From assembly GCA_963725665.1 (NCBI GenBank), contig CAVRZA010000001.1, positions 192,001 through 256,000 of the forward strand: DNA of 64,000 nucleotides. The letters run 5' to 3'. Position 1 is the stretch's first letter. Every line of letters starts with the position of its first letter. A program made the translations under genes and the position numbers. Below are positions 49,190 through 59,107 of this stretch, one piece after another. The DNA comes from an uncultured Actinomycetes bacterium. Its GTDB lineage: Bacteria > Actinomycetota > Thermoleophilia > UBA2241. The notes beneath the pieces were generated by a model. That model was not told the origin of the DNA, did no database searches, and saw only the letters and a list, made by a program, of their open reading frames with translations.

Positions 49190-50596
49190 TCAGGCTGGGC
49201 CGACGGAGCTCTTCTCGCGCAGCCGCTCGACGCTGTTGACACGCACGTTGAGCAGCCGGGCGATGCGCACCTTGGCCTCGATGCCCTTGGCGGCTCCCGG
49301 CACGCCCGTGACGACGCCGATGTCGAGCCGCTCGCGCAGCTCGCGCATGACCGTCGAGTCGCTCAGCTCCCCCAGCCCGACACCCAGCTTGTCAGCCACG
49401 TAGCGCTTCGCCTGCGGCAGCCTCATCTTCTTGAGCTGCATGCGCGCCACCAGATCTCCGGCGGTGCGGATGCCGCCCATGCCCGAGGCCAGCGAGTGGC
49501 AGACGGACATCCCCATGGGATCTCCGCCGCCCACCTACAAGCCGTCGGCTCGGCCGATCTCGACCAGGGCGACGCCGGCGCGGGTGACGACGTCCGACGG
49601 CTGTACCTCGACGGTGGGGACCCCACCCACGCCCATGCCGACGTTGGCGTGGATGGGGATCTCGGCCACCCGCGAGCACTCCTTGACGAAGGTCACCGCG
49701 CGCGCCACGTTCCAGGGCGCGGACTTGCCGGTGTTGGTCGTGCTCACCGGTCCGAAGATGTGCGCCCCCGCCCGCTCGGCGGCCTTGACTTGCTGGTGTG
49801 GCCACAGCCCTGCCAGCCGCGTGCCCTTGTACTCGAGCTCGCCGTGGAAGCCGAGGACGAGCTCGGTCGCCATGCCCACCTCGATGGCGAGGTCGGTCGT
49901 GGCGGCGAGCTCCTCGATCGCCTGTAGCGTGGCGAGGAACTCGGCGTCGCCTGCCGACCCGGTCGTGTCGAAGTCGATGCCGTCGGCGCCCATTGCCGCC
50001 ATCGCCCTGCCCATGGTCACCATGTCGCGGCGCAGGGTCTCGGCCGCCTCGAGCTGAGTCTCGCGGGCCTCCTCGATGCGTCCCTTGGGCAGCAGGTCGG
50101 CTGGGTTCGGGAAGGGGCCGTCGGGCTGAAAGTAGAGGCCCATGTTGGGCATCGCGCCGTAGAAGAGGGGCACGATGCAATCGAGGAGCGCCTGCTCCAT
50201 GCAGAGCTGCTCGAGGGCTACGAGCGCCTTGGCCGGCTTGAACGAGTAGTCGGGGTGCCCGACCTCCATGGTGTCAAAGCCCAGCGCGCGCTCCATCACG
50301 CGTATGCCCTGCTCGCGGCCGAGGGGCACGCCCACCCCGCTCGACATCTGCCCACTGTAGAGGGTGTTGGCGCAGCCGTCCTTGGTGAGGACGACCTCGT
50401 GACCGGGCGGCACGCCGGCGATGCGCCCCGGGTAGGCGAAGAGGTCGTGCAGGTAGTCGATCTCGTTGGCTTCGAGAGCGGGAATCTTCGCCTTGGCGGC
50501 CGCCGCCTCCGAGCCCTCTACGAGCTCACGCCGCAACCCGTCGGGCGTGAGCTCGACGGCGTATCCGTCACCCATGCGGGTCGTGATCGTAGTCAT
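49190..50596 (-). CDS. mtbB: Dimethylamine:corrinoid methyltransferase with in-frame TAG (pyrrolysine) at 49535-49537
   Basis: TRMGDG N-term, [57 protein letters not shown]...[17 protein letters not shown]...AKG; ORF-track pieces 49535..50602 and 49190..49534 are the same frame; 468 codons, TAG is codon 354. Confidence 0.93.
49496..49534 (-). other. PYLIS-like RNA hairpin immediately 3' of the amber codon
   Basis: GUGG..CGG.CGGA.AUCCC-AUG-GGGAU.UCCG.CUG.CCAC pairs by eye into a ~16-bp interrupted stem. Confidence 0.45.
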
Positions 50597-50671
50597 GGAC
50601 ACTCCCCCTCGCTTCGCGGTCGCTGCCGCTCGGTCAGTCGACAGGCTCGCCGATGATGGCGAGCCATCCTC

Positions 50672-51976
50672 TTAGTCGATCACCGGCTCGCCCGTCAGGG
50701 CGAGCCGCTCGATGAGGTCGGCGCCCTTGACGTTGCCCGGCTCGGCCTGTACCTGGGCGGCGATCCCCTTCATGCGCTCCCGCAGCTCCTCGTCGCCCAG
50801 CAGGCGCTCTAACGCAGCGATGAGCTCGTCCTGCTCCCAGTCGTAGGTGGGCAGGCGGGCGCCGAAGCCGGCCTCCTGGAGCCGCTGCGCGTTGTCGTAC
50901 TGGTCCCAAAAGAGCGGCAGCCCGATCATCGGCAGGCCGAAGTGGAAGCCCTCGCAGATGGTGTTGTTGCCGCCGTGCGTGATCAGCAGGTCGCACTGCG
51001 GCAGGATCGAGGGCTGGGGCAGAAACTCGTCGCCGTACATGCGCGGCCCGAGCCTCATCTGGTCCTTCAGGGCTCCCATCGAGACGACGGCCCTGTGCTC
51101 GGTCTCGGCCAGCGCGTCGATCAGGCGTTGCATGAGAGCGAGGTCCATGCAGCCCAGAGAGCCCAGCGACAGGTACACGACCCTGCCCTCGCCGGGCACG
51201 CGCTCCTCCACGGAAAAGGGCGCCTCGGTGGTGCGCACCGAGGATTCCATGCGGTGCCAGGTGGGCCCCAGCGGCTGCGCGCGCTCGTAGTCGGCCGCCG
51301 CGGGGAACTCGTACAGGTTGAGCCAGGGTGAGGTGGTGTTGAACTCGTCGCGCGGACAGGGGTTCACGCCGGCCGCGGCGCGGAACTCGTTGTGCTCGCG
51401 CAGCAGGCCCTCGTGCGCGCGACGGTACTCGTCCTTGAACGCCTGCCACTCGCTGCGGTCGCTCACCGGCAGCCCCGACAAGGGGGGCGGCAGGCAGGGG
51501 TCGCGCATCTCGAGGGGGTTGCAGGAGACGACGCGCACCCACGGCACCCCGGCCAGCTCGACGGCGGCGTAGCCGGTCACGTTGTCGGTGACGACCACGT
51601 CGGGACGGATCTCGTCCCAGATCGCCATGACGCGCTCGTGGGAGTACTTCTCGGCCGCCACGAGCGTCTCCCAGATGGGTCTCGTCACCGTGGCGATCTG
51701 CTCGATGGTGGGCGTGCGGAACTCCGGCGCCGTGACGCGGATGAACTCCGACCAGGGGTCGGCGCTCGGGTCGGGGTTCTCCTCGGGCGGGGCCGTGCGG
51801 AAGAGCCGCTCCTCGAAGCCCCTCGCCGCGAGCACGCCGGCGAACGACTCGTCGACCACGAAGACGGGTCGGTGGCCTCGCCAGCGCAGCACGTCGGCGA
51901 TGGCGGCGCAGTCGTTGGTCGGGCCCCAGGCGCCGGGCTCGGGAAAGAAGGCGACGGTCTTGGCGGCGTGGCTCAA
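50672..51976 (-). CDS. UDP-glycosyltransferase (GT1/MGT-like)
   Basis: FFPEPGAWGPTN, VYLSLGS, FLPQ, ITHGGNNT, PLFWDQYDNA; TTG start overlaps upstream TGA. Confidence 0.9.
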   Translation of the reverse strand: MSHAAKTVAFFPEPGAWGPTNDCAAIADVLRWRGHRPVFVVDESFAGVLAARGFEERLFRTAPPEENPDPSADPWSEFIRVTAPEFRTPTIEQIATVTRPIWETLVAAEKYSHERVMAIWDEIRPDVVVTDNVTGYAAVELAGVPWVRVVSCNPLEMRDPCLPPPLSGLPVSDRSEWQAFKDEYRRAHEGLLREHNEFRAAAGVNPCPRDEFNTTSPWLNLYEFPAAADYERAQPLGPTWHRMESSVRTTEAPFSVEERVPGEGRVVYLSLGSLGCMDLALMQRLIDALAETEHRAVVSMGALKDQMRLGPRMYGDEFLPQPSILPQCDLLITHGGNNTICEGFHFGLPMIGLPLFWDQYDNAQRLQEAGFGARLPTYDWEQDELIAALERLLGDEELRERMKGIAAQVQAEPGNVKGADLIERLALTGEPVID

Positions 51977-52632
51977 CGCTCGACCCGCGACCGCGCGCGC
52001 ACCTCCTCCCACTGCCGGCCCGTCTTGCGCAGGTTGAGCGCCCCGACGATCATCATGGCGCCCCAAACGAGAGCGATCAGGCCGATCAGGATGCCCACGA
52101 GCGTGACGGTGGCGCCGGGCCAGGCCATCACGAGGATGCCAAGGACGATGAGCGCGATGCCAACGGCCAACTCGCGAGCGCGGCTGTCGCCGAGCTCCCT
52201 GAACGCGGACAGGGTGCGCACGACGCCCCAGAACACGAACGTGAGGCCGGCGACGAAAGCGACGACCTTGAGCGTCTCGCCGGGCCAGGCCAGCAGGACG
52301 ATGCCGCCGATGATGGCGATCAAGGCGCCGATCGCCTGGGCTCGTCTCTCTTCTCCGCGCCGCAGAGTGATGAGCTGGACGATGCCCATGAAGACAAGGA
52401 AGAGGCCGGTGAGCCACGTAAGCGTGGCGACGCTGCCGAAGGCGTTGCTCAGCACCACGATGCCGAAGATGACGCCGACGATCCCCAGCCCGAGCACGAT
52501 CGGCCAGTTGTGCAGGGCCCAGCTCGCACGCCTGTCCAGCGCGTGTGCGTGCCGAGGACTGATGGCCACCTCCTCCTGGATGATGACCCTCTCGTCGTCC
52601 GAAGGCTCTGGCCCCCTCGGTGTGTCGTCCAT
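51973..52632 (-). CDS. HdeD/DUF308 family membrane protein
   Basis: Repeated GIV.LAWPG.T hydrophobic units. Confidence 0.85.
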   Translation of the reverse strand: MDDTPRGPEPSDDERVIIQEEVAISPRHAHALDRRASWALHNWPIVLGLGIVGVIFGIVVLSNAFGSVATLTWLTGLFLVFMGIVQLITLRRGEERRAQAIGALIAIIGGIVLLAWPGETLKVVAFVAGLTFVFWGVVRTLSAFRELGDSRARELAVGIALIVLGILVMAWPGATVTLVGILIGLIALVWGAMMIVGALNLRKTGRQWEEVRARSRVER

Positions 52633-52937
52633 CTCCGACCTCCCCTGCTCGATGCGCCCGGCGGCCGCGGCCGCCTCTGCTCCTCTCGGCTCCGGTCCGC
52701 GACCGTGACCCGCTCCTATTATCTCTTACGAATGTGCAATTGACTGCTACCGACCTGCCCTCCTGCAAGGTCGGCCAAACGCGCGCAGCGCCGCAGTGTG
52801 CCGGGTTTGGCGGCGTGGCGGGGCAGAGGAGCCGCGGGTTTAGCGCCGGGCGGAGCCACGGAACATCACAGTAGCACTGACGGTACGCGAGCTCGGGGCG
52901 GCGCAACCGACCCGTTTTCGTTCGAGGAGGACTTCCC

Positions 52938-55024
52938 ATGCTCAGTGACCTGCGCCAGCGCAAGGTGGCCCGCGTTCTGTTCGACGAGTTCCACGGTGAG
53001 GCCTGGACCATCCGCCCCGACGTCGCGCGCAAGATGCACCCCGAGCATCCCGAGGACGCCTCATACGCGGACGCGGCCGGGCACCTCGCCGAGCGCGACT
53101 TCGAGGTAGCCACCAGCACCGACGGACCCCTGACCGACGAGGTGTTGAGCGACACCGACGTACTCGTGATCGCCCAGCCCTCCGAACCGAAGTGGGAGCG
53201 CACGGTCAACGACAACTCGCCCGTCTTCTCGGACGCCGAGATCCGGGCCGTCGAGTCGTTCGTGTCGCGCGGGGGCGGCCTCCTCGTACTCGGCGAGGCC
53301 GAAGAGGACAAGTACGGCAGCAACCTCAACGAGCTGTTGGCGTCGTTCGGCATCCGCATCGAGAACGCGACCGTGCTCGACTACCGGGGCAACGGCAGCG
53401 GCCCGACCTGGATCGTCGGCGAGCCCGCGCCCGGCGCCGGCTCGCCGACCCTGCTGCACCTGGTGCGGCGGGTGCGTTTCTACCGCGCCGGGTCGCTCGT
53501 CGCCGACGAGCCCGGCGCGGTCGTGCTGCGCTCGGGCGACGAGGCGCAGCCGGCCCAGGCCGGGCTCCTGGCGGCGACCAGCCACGGCGTGGGTCGCGTG
53601 GTGGTCGTCGCCGACTCGGACCTCTTCGGCGACGACCACGTCGACGACCTCGACCACCTGCAGCTCTGGCACAACCTGATCTACTGGGCGGCGCTGCCGG
53701 CGTTCCGTTCCGACCCGCAGCCGATCGTCTCGGAGGCGGCGCGCGACCCCGCCTGGGAGCGCCTGCGCGACGAGACCAACGCACTGCGCCGCCTGCAGGA
53801 GCCCAAGGGTGAGGTCGACCTCGAGCGGCACGACATCGCGGAGGTGCGCGCCCGCGTGGCGGCGATGATCGAGTCGATCGGCGCTCTGACGCCGCGCTTC
53901 CCGCACGAGAAGGAGCACCTGGAGCGCGTGATCGACGACCTGCAGGCCTGGGTCGAGGGCGGTTGCGGCAAGCCCGACTTCACCGCTTCGCTGGCGCTCT
54001 TCAGGCCCGAGCAGCACCGCGCGACGGCATCGAGCACCTGGTCGTCTTTCCCATGTACACGCCCAACGGCTCGCCCGACACGCGCTTCGAGGCTCTCATC
54101 GTGCGTACGCCCTGGCCGTCGTTCATCGACGAGCTCGAGCGCACGCGCTACGACAACGACAAGTTCGTGCCGGTGCAGCTCGTCGACTACACCGACGGCT
54201 ACGCCAGCGAGTGCGCCGTTCTCTTCCCCGAGACTGTCAGCGTTGTCGGCCGGCCGACCAACTACTTCGGCGGCATCTTCTGCGACCGCGAGTCGGCGCG
54301 CTACCGGCGCTCGACCGACAAGGCCACCGACGTGCTGCGCGTCGACCTGCCGCCCGACGCCGAGGCGCTGGTGAGCTCGGGCGACCTCGCCCTCGAGACC
54401 TACATCCTCTGGGACCTGATCCACGACAGCTGGCACAGCCACGGCGATCTGCCCTTCGACCCGTTCATGATCCGCCAGCGGCTGCCCTACTGGATGTACT
54501 CGCTCGAGGAGCTGCGCGTCGACCTGGCAGCCTTCGTCGACGCCGGCAAGCTGGCCGACGAGGGGTTCGCCTTCGCGCGCTACGTGCAGTACGCGATGCT
54601 CTTCGACCGCATCGTGCGCTTCCCCATCACCGGCAACCGCGTGCGCAACTACGACGGGCTCGGCGGGCAGCTCCTGTTCGCCTACCTGCACAAGAGCGGC
54701 GTCGCGCGCTGGACCGACAACAGCCTGCTGATCGACTGGGAGCGTGTCGAGGACACCGTGGGTGCGCTGCGCGAGCGGCTGGAGGTCCTGTACCGCGAGG
54801 GCATCGACCTGAGCAAGGTCTCCTACTGGATCGCGGCCCACGATCTGGTCGCCGAGTACGTGCACCCCAACGTAAACTCGCAGTGGCAGAAGGAGACGCG
54901 CGTCTACTCCGACGAGGCAGAGCCGCGCGCGTGGGTCGAACGCGTGCTCGACGACGAGTTCCCGCTGAGCATGTTCTACGAGTCGGTGAAGAAGAAGATG
55001 GTCGAAGAGCCGGCGCTGGTGTGA
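52938..55024 (+). CDS. DUF6421-family protein with extra N-terminal GATase-like domain, frameshift near 54020
   Basis: VLFDEFHGEAW, FVSRGGGLLV, GRVVVVADSDLF; then HLVVFPMYTPNGS, FCDRE, WDLIHDSWHSHGDLPFDPF, LEELRVD, RNYDGLGGQ. Confidence 0.8.
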
Positions 55025-55073
55025 GCGACCCGGCGCCCCACGTTCGCCGTGAGCCGGGGCTCGTGACGCCGGC

Positions 55074-56126
55074 ATGAGCGCCCCGCTCGAGACCAGGCTC
55101 GTCATGTTCGCGAGCGACAACTACGCGGGCGCCCACCCCGCGGCGCTCGAGGCGATCGTCGAGGCCAACGCGGGGTGGGCGCCCTCCTACGGCGACGACG
55201 CCTGGACCGCGGCGCTGCGCGAGCGTCTGCGCGAGCTCTTCGGCGACGTCGAGGCCTTCCCCGTCTTCAACGGCACCGGCGGCAACGTCACCGCGCTGGG
55301 CACGATCCTGCGGCCCTTCGACGCCGTCATCTGCCCAGAGACGGCGCACATCAACGTCGACGAGTGCGGCGCCCCCGAGCGCTTCGCGGGCTGCAAGCTC
55401 GTCGATCTGCCCACGCCCGACGGCAAGCTCACTCCGGAGCTCGTGCGCGGCGCGGTCAGGGGGATCGGCGACCAGCACCACGTGCAGCCACGGGCGGTGT
55501 CGATCAGCCAGTCGACCGAGCTCGGCACGGTCTACACGCCCGAGGAGACCGCGGCGCTGGCGGCCGTCGCGCACGAGCACGGCCTGCTGCTGCACGTCGA
55601 CGGGGCGCGACTGGCCAACGCCGCGGTCTCGCTGGGCACCGGCTTGCGCGAGATCACGACCGACTGCGGCGTCGACGTGCTGAGCTTCGGCGGCACCAAG
55701 AGCGGTCTGCTCGGGGCCGAGGCGGTCGTCTTCCTCAACCCGGGGCTCGCCGACGGCTACCCGTTCGCGCGCAAGCAGGGCACGCAGCTCGCCTCGAAGA
55801 TGCGCTTCGTCTCGGCGCAGCTCCTGCGCCTGCTGCGCGACGACCTCTGGCGCGAGACGGCGGGCCACGCCAACGGCATGGCCCGCCGTCTCGCGGACGG
55901 CCTGCGCGCGATACCGGGCGTGCGCATCGCCTACCCGGTGCAGGCCAACGCCGTGTTCCCCGCGCTCCCGGCCGCCGTGATCGAGCGCCTCCTCGAGCAG
56001 TACCGCTTCTACGCCTGGGACGAGTCGGCGGGCGTCGTCCGCTTCATGTGCTCCTGGCAGACGACGCCCGCCGAGGTCGACGACCTCATCGCCGCGGTGC
56101 GCGAGGCCGTTGCTGCCGTTCGCTGA
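55074..56126 (+). CDS. ltaE: Low-specificity L-threonine aldolase
   Basis: FASDN, NGTGGN, HINVDECGA, HVDGARLAN, FGGTK. Confidence 0.9.
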   Translation: MSAPLETRLVMFASDNYAGAHPAALEAIVEANAGWAPSYGDDAWTAALRERLRELFGDVEAFPVFNGTGGNVTALGTILRPFDAVICPETAHINVDECGAPERFAGCKLVDLPTPDGKLTPELVRGAVRGIGDQHHVQPRAVSISQSTELGTVYTPEETAALAAVAHEHGLLLHVDGARLANAAVSLGTGLREITTDCGVDVLSFGGTKSGLLGAEAVVFLNPGLADGYPFARKQGTQLASKMRFVSAQLLRLLRDDLWRETAGHANGMARRLADGLRAIPGVRIAYPVQANAVFPALPAAVIERLLEQYRFYAWDESAGVVRFMCSWQTTPAEVDDLIAAVREAVAAVR

Positions 56127-56146
56127 CCTCGCGGCGAAGGTCGTGT

Positions 56147-58525
56147 CTAGATCTCAGCCCGCAGGCGCGCGTCCAGGTAGGCCCTGATGGCACGATACTG
56201 GCTCTCGCCGTCGAGCCCGGCCTCGGCCAGCACCACCTCGCCCTGCCCGCTGCCGAGGAAGTGGCCCTTGCGGTAGGGGTGGAGGGTCGCGGCGAGGCCG
56301 GCGTCGGAGCGCACCCAGCGGTACATCGTCGGCAGCGTGAAGCCGGTGATGCCCATCGCCTCACGGGCGTGCTCCTCGGGGAAGAGCCGACGCTGCTCCT
56401 CCACGGGCAGCAGGTCGAAGAGCTCGGCGCTGGCGACGTAGAAGACCAGCGGGTCGATGCCCTCCTTCTGCGAGCAGCGGCAGCGCCTCCTCCACGAAGG
56501 CGTAGGTCACGGCGCTCTCCTGCAGCACGAGGGTCACGTCGGCCGCGTCCTGTGGCCGGCGCAGCACGTAGACGCCGGTGACGGCGGCTTCAGCGGGCGC
56601 CAGGCCGAGCGCGGCGCGGTCGAGCACGGTCTCGTTGGGCCGCGTCACGAAGGGCGCGATGAGCGCCGGCCGCTTGGCCAGGGCGGCCGCGACCAGCGGC
56701 CAGATCTCCTGCGGCTCCCAGGGCGTCAGCGAGATCATCGTGCCCAGGGGGAAGTTCTCCTGCAGGAGCTGCAGCGGCTGCGGGTCGGCGTGCGTGGGGC
56801 CGTCCTCGCCGGTCTTGAGGCCGGCGTGGGCGCACACCAGGAAGATCGGCTTGTAGGGCTCGCCGGTGACCGACTCGCGCGCCTGCGCGCCGATGGCGTG
56901 CAGGCGCGCCGCGATGTGGCCCAGCGGCGCCATGAAGGCGCCGTAGGAGGAGCCGACGCCGATGGCGTGCCCGTAGGCGGCGATGCCCGAGAGGACGCCG
57001 GTGATGGCGTCCTCGCAGATGCCGCCGATCGAGAGCAGGCGGGCGTCCGGGTTCGTCTTCGGCGTTCCAGTAGCCGTCGGCGAAGCCGCCGCCGATGGCG
57101 TTGACGCTGGTCGAGCCCAGGAGGTCGGCCGACGCGGTCAGGATCGCGCCGCCCGACGCCGCGTTGAGGTGGTGCAGGCAACGTCCGAGCTCGTTGCGCA
57201 GCGTCGTCGAGGCGCCGGGCTTGAGGCGCAGCTCCTCGGGGATCGACGCCGTCGAGCGGCCCGCGACCTCGTAGATCGTCTCGACGCGCGGCGCGCCCGG
57301 CGCGCGGCGCGCGCGCGAGCCGGTCGAGCCGCTCGCGGGCCGCCGCCAGCCGGTCGGCCAGCGCGCGGGCCATGTCCGCGTTCGCCTCGACCTGGCGCGC
57401 GGATCACCTGCAGCGACTCCCAGAAGCAGCCCTCCATGATCATGTCGCCGCCGGCCGCCCGGCAGCGCTGATCCTCGCCCTCGCAGACCGGCAGCGACGC
57501 TCTGGCGGTCGCCGGTCAGTTCGGCGAGCGCCTCGTAGAACCCGTCCGAGCAGAGCTTGTGGCCGGCGCCGTGCGACCCCTTGCCCTCGATGCCGTACTT
57601 CCAGCCCTTGTGCGTGCGGTAGATCGATGGCCGTCGGCTGTCCGTTGTCGATCGCCAGGGCGTGGCGCTGCGCGGCGGCGATCTGCTGGAAGTCGTGGCC
57701 CTCGGGCACGTAGACGACGTTCCAGTCGTGCAGGTAGAAGAGCTCCATGGGATCCCACTGCACGTAGTCGCCGGGTGTGCCTTCGTCGCGGCAGACGCGG
57801 TCGCAGTCGATCGAGGCCTGGTTCCAGTCGAGGTGCAGGATCGCGTTGCCCAGCGAGGCCGTGCCGGCCGCGGCCAGCGCTTCGGCCACGCGGCCGGGCG
57901 TGAGGCCGCCCTCGCCCTCGGAGATGTGCACGCGGGGGGCGGCCGCGCCGAAGTAGTCGGCCGCCCCGAAGGCCAGGCCGATCGAGCTGGCCACGCCGAC
58001 GCCGGAGGCGCCGGTCGAGAGCTTCACGAACGGCGTCGCCGGCGTCGGGTGCCCGTCGAGCGCTTTGGCGCGCAGCTTTGTGAAGAGCGGCGTCGAGGTG
58101 ATCGGGTTGCGGCGGAAGCCGAGCAGGTCCTCGAGGCGCAGGCGCTGCTTCTCGTCGGCCGGGCAGGAGCTCGGGACGCCCGACGCGGGTCACCTCGTCG
58201 CGCAGGGCCCACAGGGCGTAGAGGCCCATCGCCTTGTGGCCGGCCGCGTACGAGACGATGTCGGCGTCCACGCGGTCGGGGTCGCCGACGTCGTAGTCAG
58301 CGCACTCGAAGAGGATCTCGGTCATGAAACGCCCCGACGAGATCGACCCGCCGGGGTGGCCCGACATCGGCACGTAGTTGTAGAGGAGCGCGCAGAGCGC
58401 GCGGTAGATGCGGTCGAAGGTCTCGTAGCGGGCGAGGGCCTCGCGGACAGCGGGCCCTCGCCCGCCGTCATCGTCTCGCTGATGTCGATGTAGATCGCGC
58501 GCCTGGGTCCGAACGAGATCGTCAT
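56147..58525 (-). CDS. Single-chain transketolase-like ThDP enzyme, multiple frameshifts
   Basis: SGHPGGSISS, AAGHKA, DGHP, STGASGVG, EGEGG...DWNQASID, EGHDF, GLKTGEDGPTHA; pieces spread over three frames. Confidence 0.8.
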
Positions 58526-58766
58526 GATAGCGCTCCTCCTGGTGGTCACATCCCTGGCTGTGCCACACCGCCGATTGCACGCTGGGGCGCCCGCGCACCG
58601 TCGCCCTCCGGGCCGCGCCGCGCCGATGGTGGCGTCATGATGGCCACAGAACTCGCCGGCCCGCAACCGCCGCTCCGTCCTTGCTCGGCAGCGCGCGGCT
58701 GCCAGAATGGAATGTGACGCGACCCTCCGACGCCTCCACGGGCGGTGCCGTACGTCGAGTCCGCGC

Positions 58767-58796
58767 TTGACAGCGGTGGGGCTCGGACCGTAAAAG
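58767..58796 (+). promoter_or_regulatory. Sigma70-like promoter TTGACA-N18-TAAAAG for the gcvP operon
   Basis: Perfect -35 and 5/6 -10 match, ~310 nt upstream of gcvPA. Confidence 0.55.
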
Positions 58797-59107
58797 AAGC
58801 GATACCCGTCGACTGAGGCGACCCGCGTGGGAAGTGGCTGGATCGGGTCGCAGGAAGGGGGACATGCGCGAGAGGCACTCCGCGGGCGGCTCTGGCCCTC
58901 GGACGCCACCGCGCTCTCCGGGTCCCCCGGTGAGCTCCTTGAGCGATCCCTGCTCTTTTGAGCCTCCGTCGCGCTCTTTTCTGATCGATGCCCGGTCGCC
59001 TCCGCGAACGTGCTCGCTCAGACTCTGACCTGACTCGCACACCTCCGGCGCGGGTTCCAGCCCGCGGCCGGCACGACACGGTCGACACTCACGGGAGGGT
59101 GAGGCGT

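Noticed and set aside
49535-49537. mtbB as a nonsense pseudogene
   Set aside because: The stop is TAG at the known Pyl motif and both halves are intact, so readthrough is more parsimonious
58797-59107. Canonical glycine riboswitch upstream of gcvPA
   Set aside because: Core aptamer motifs absent; kept only as an unknown structured leader
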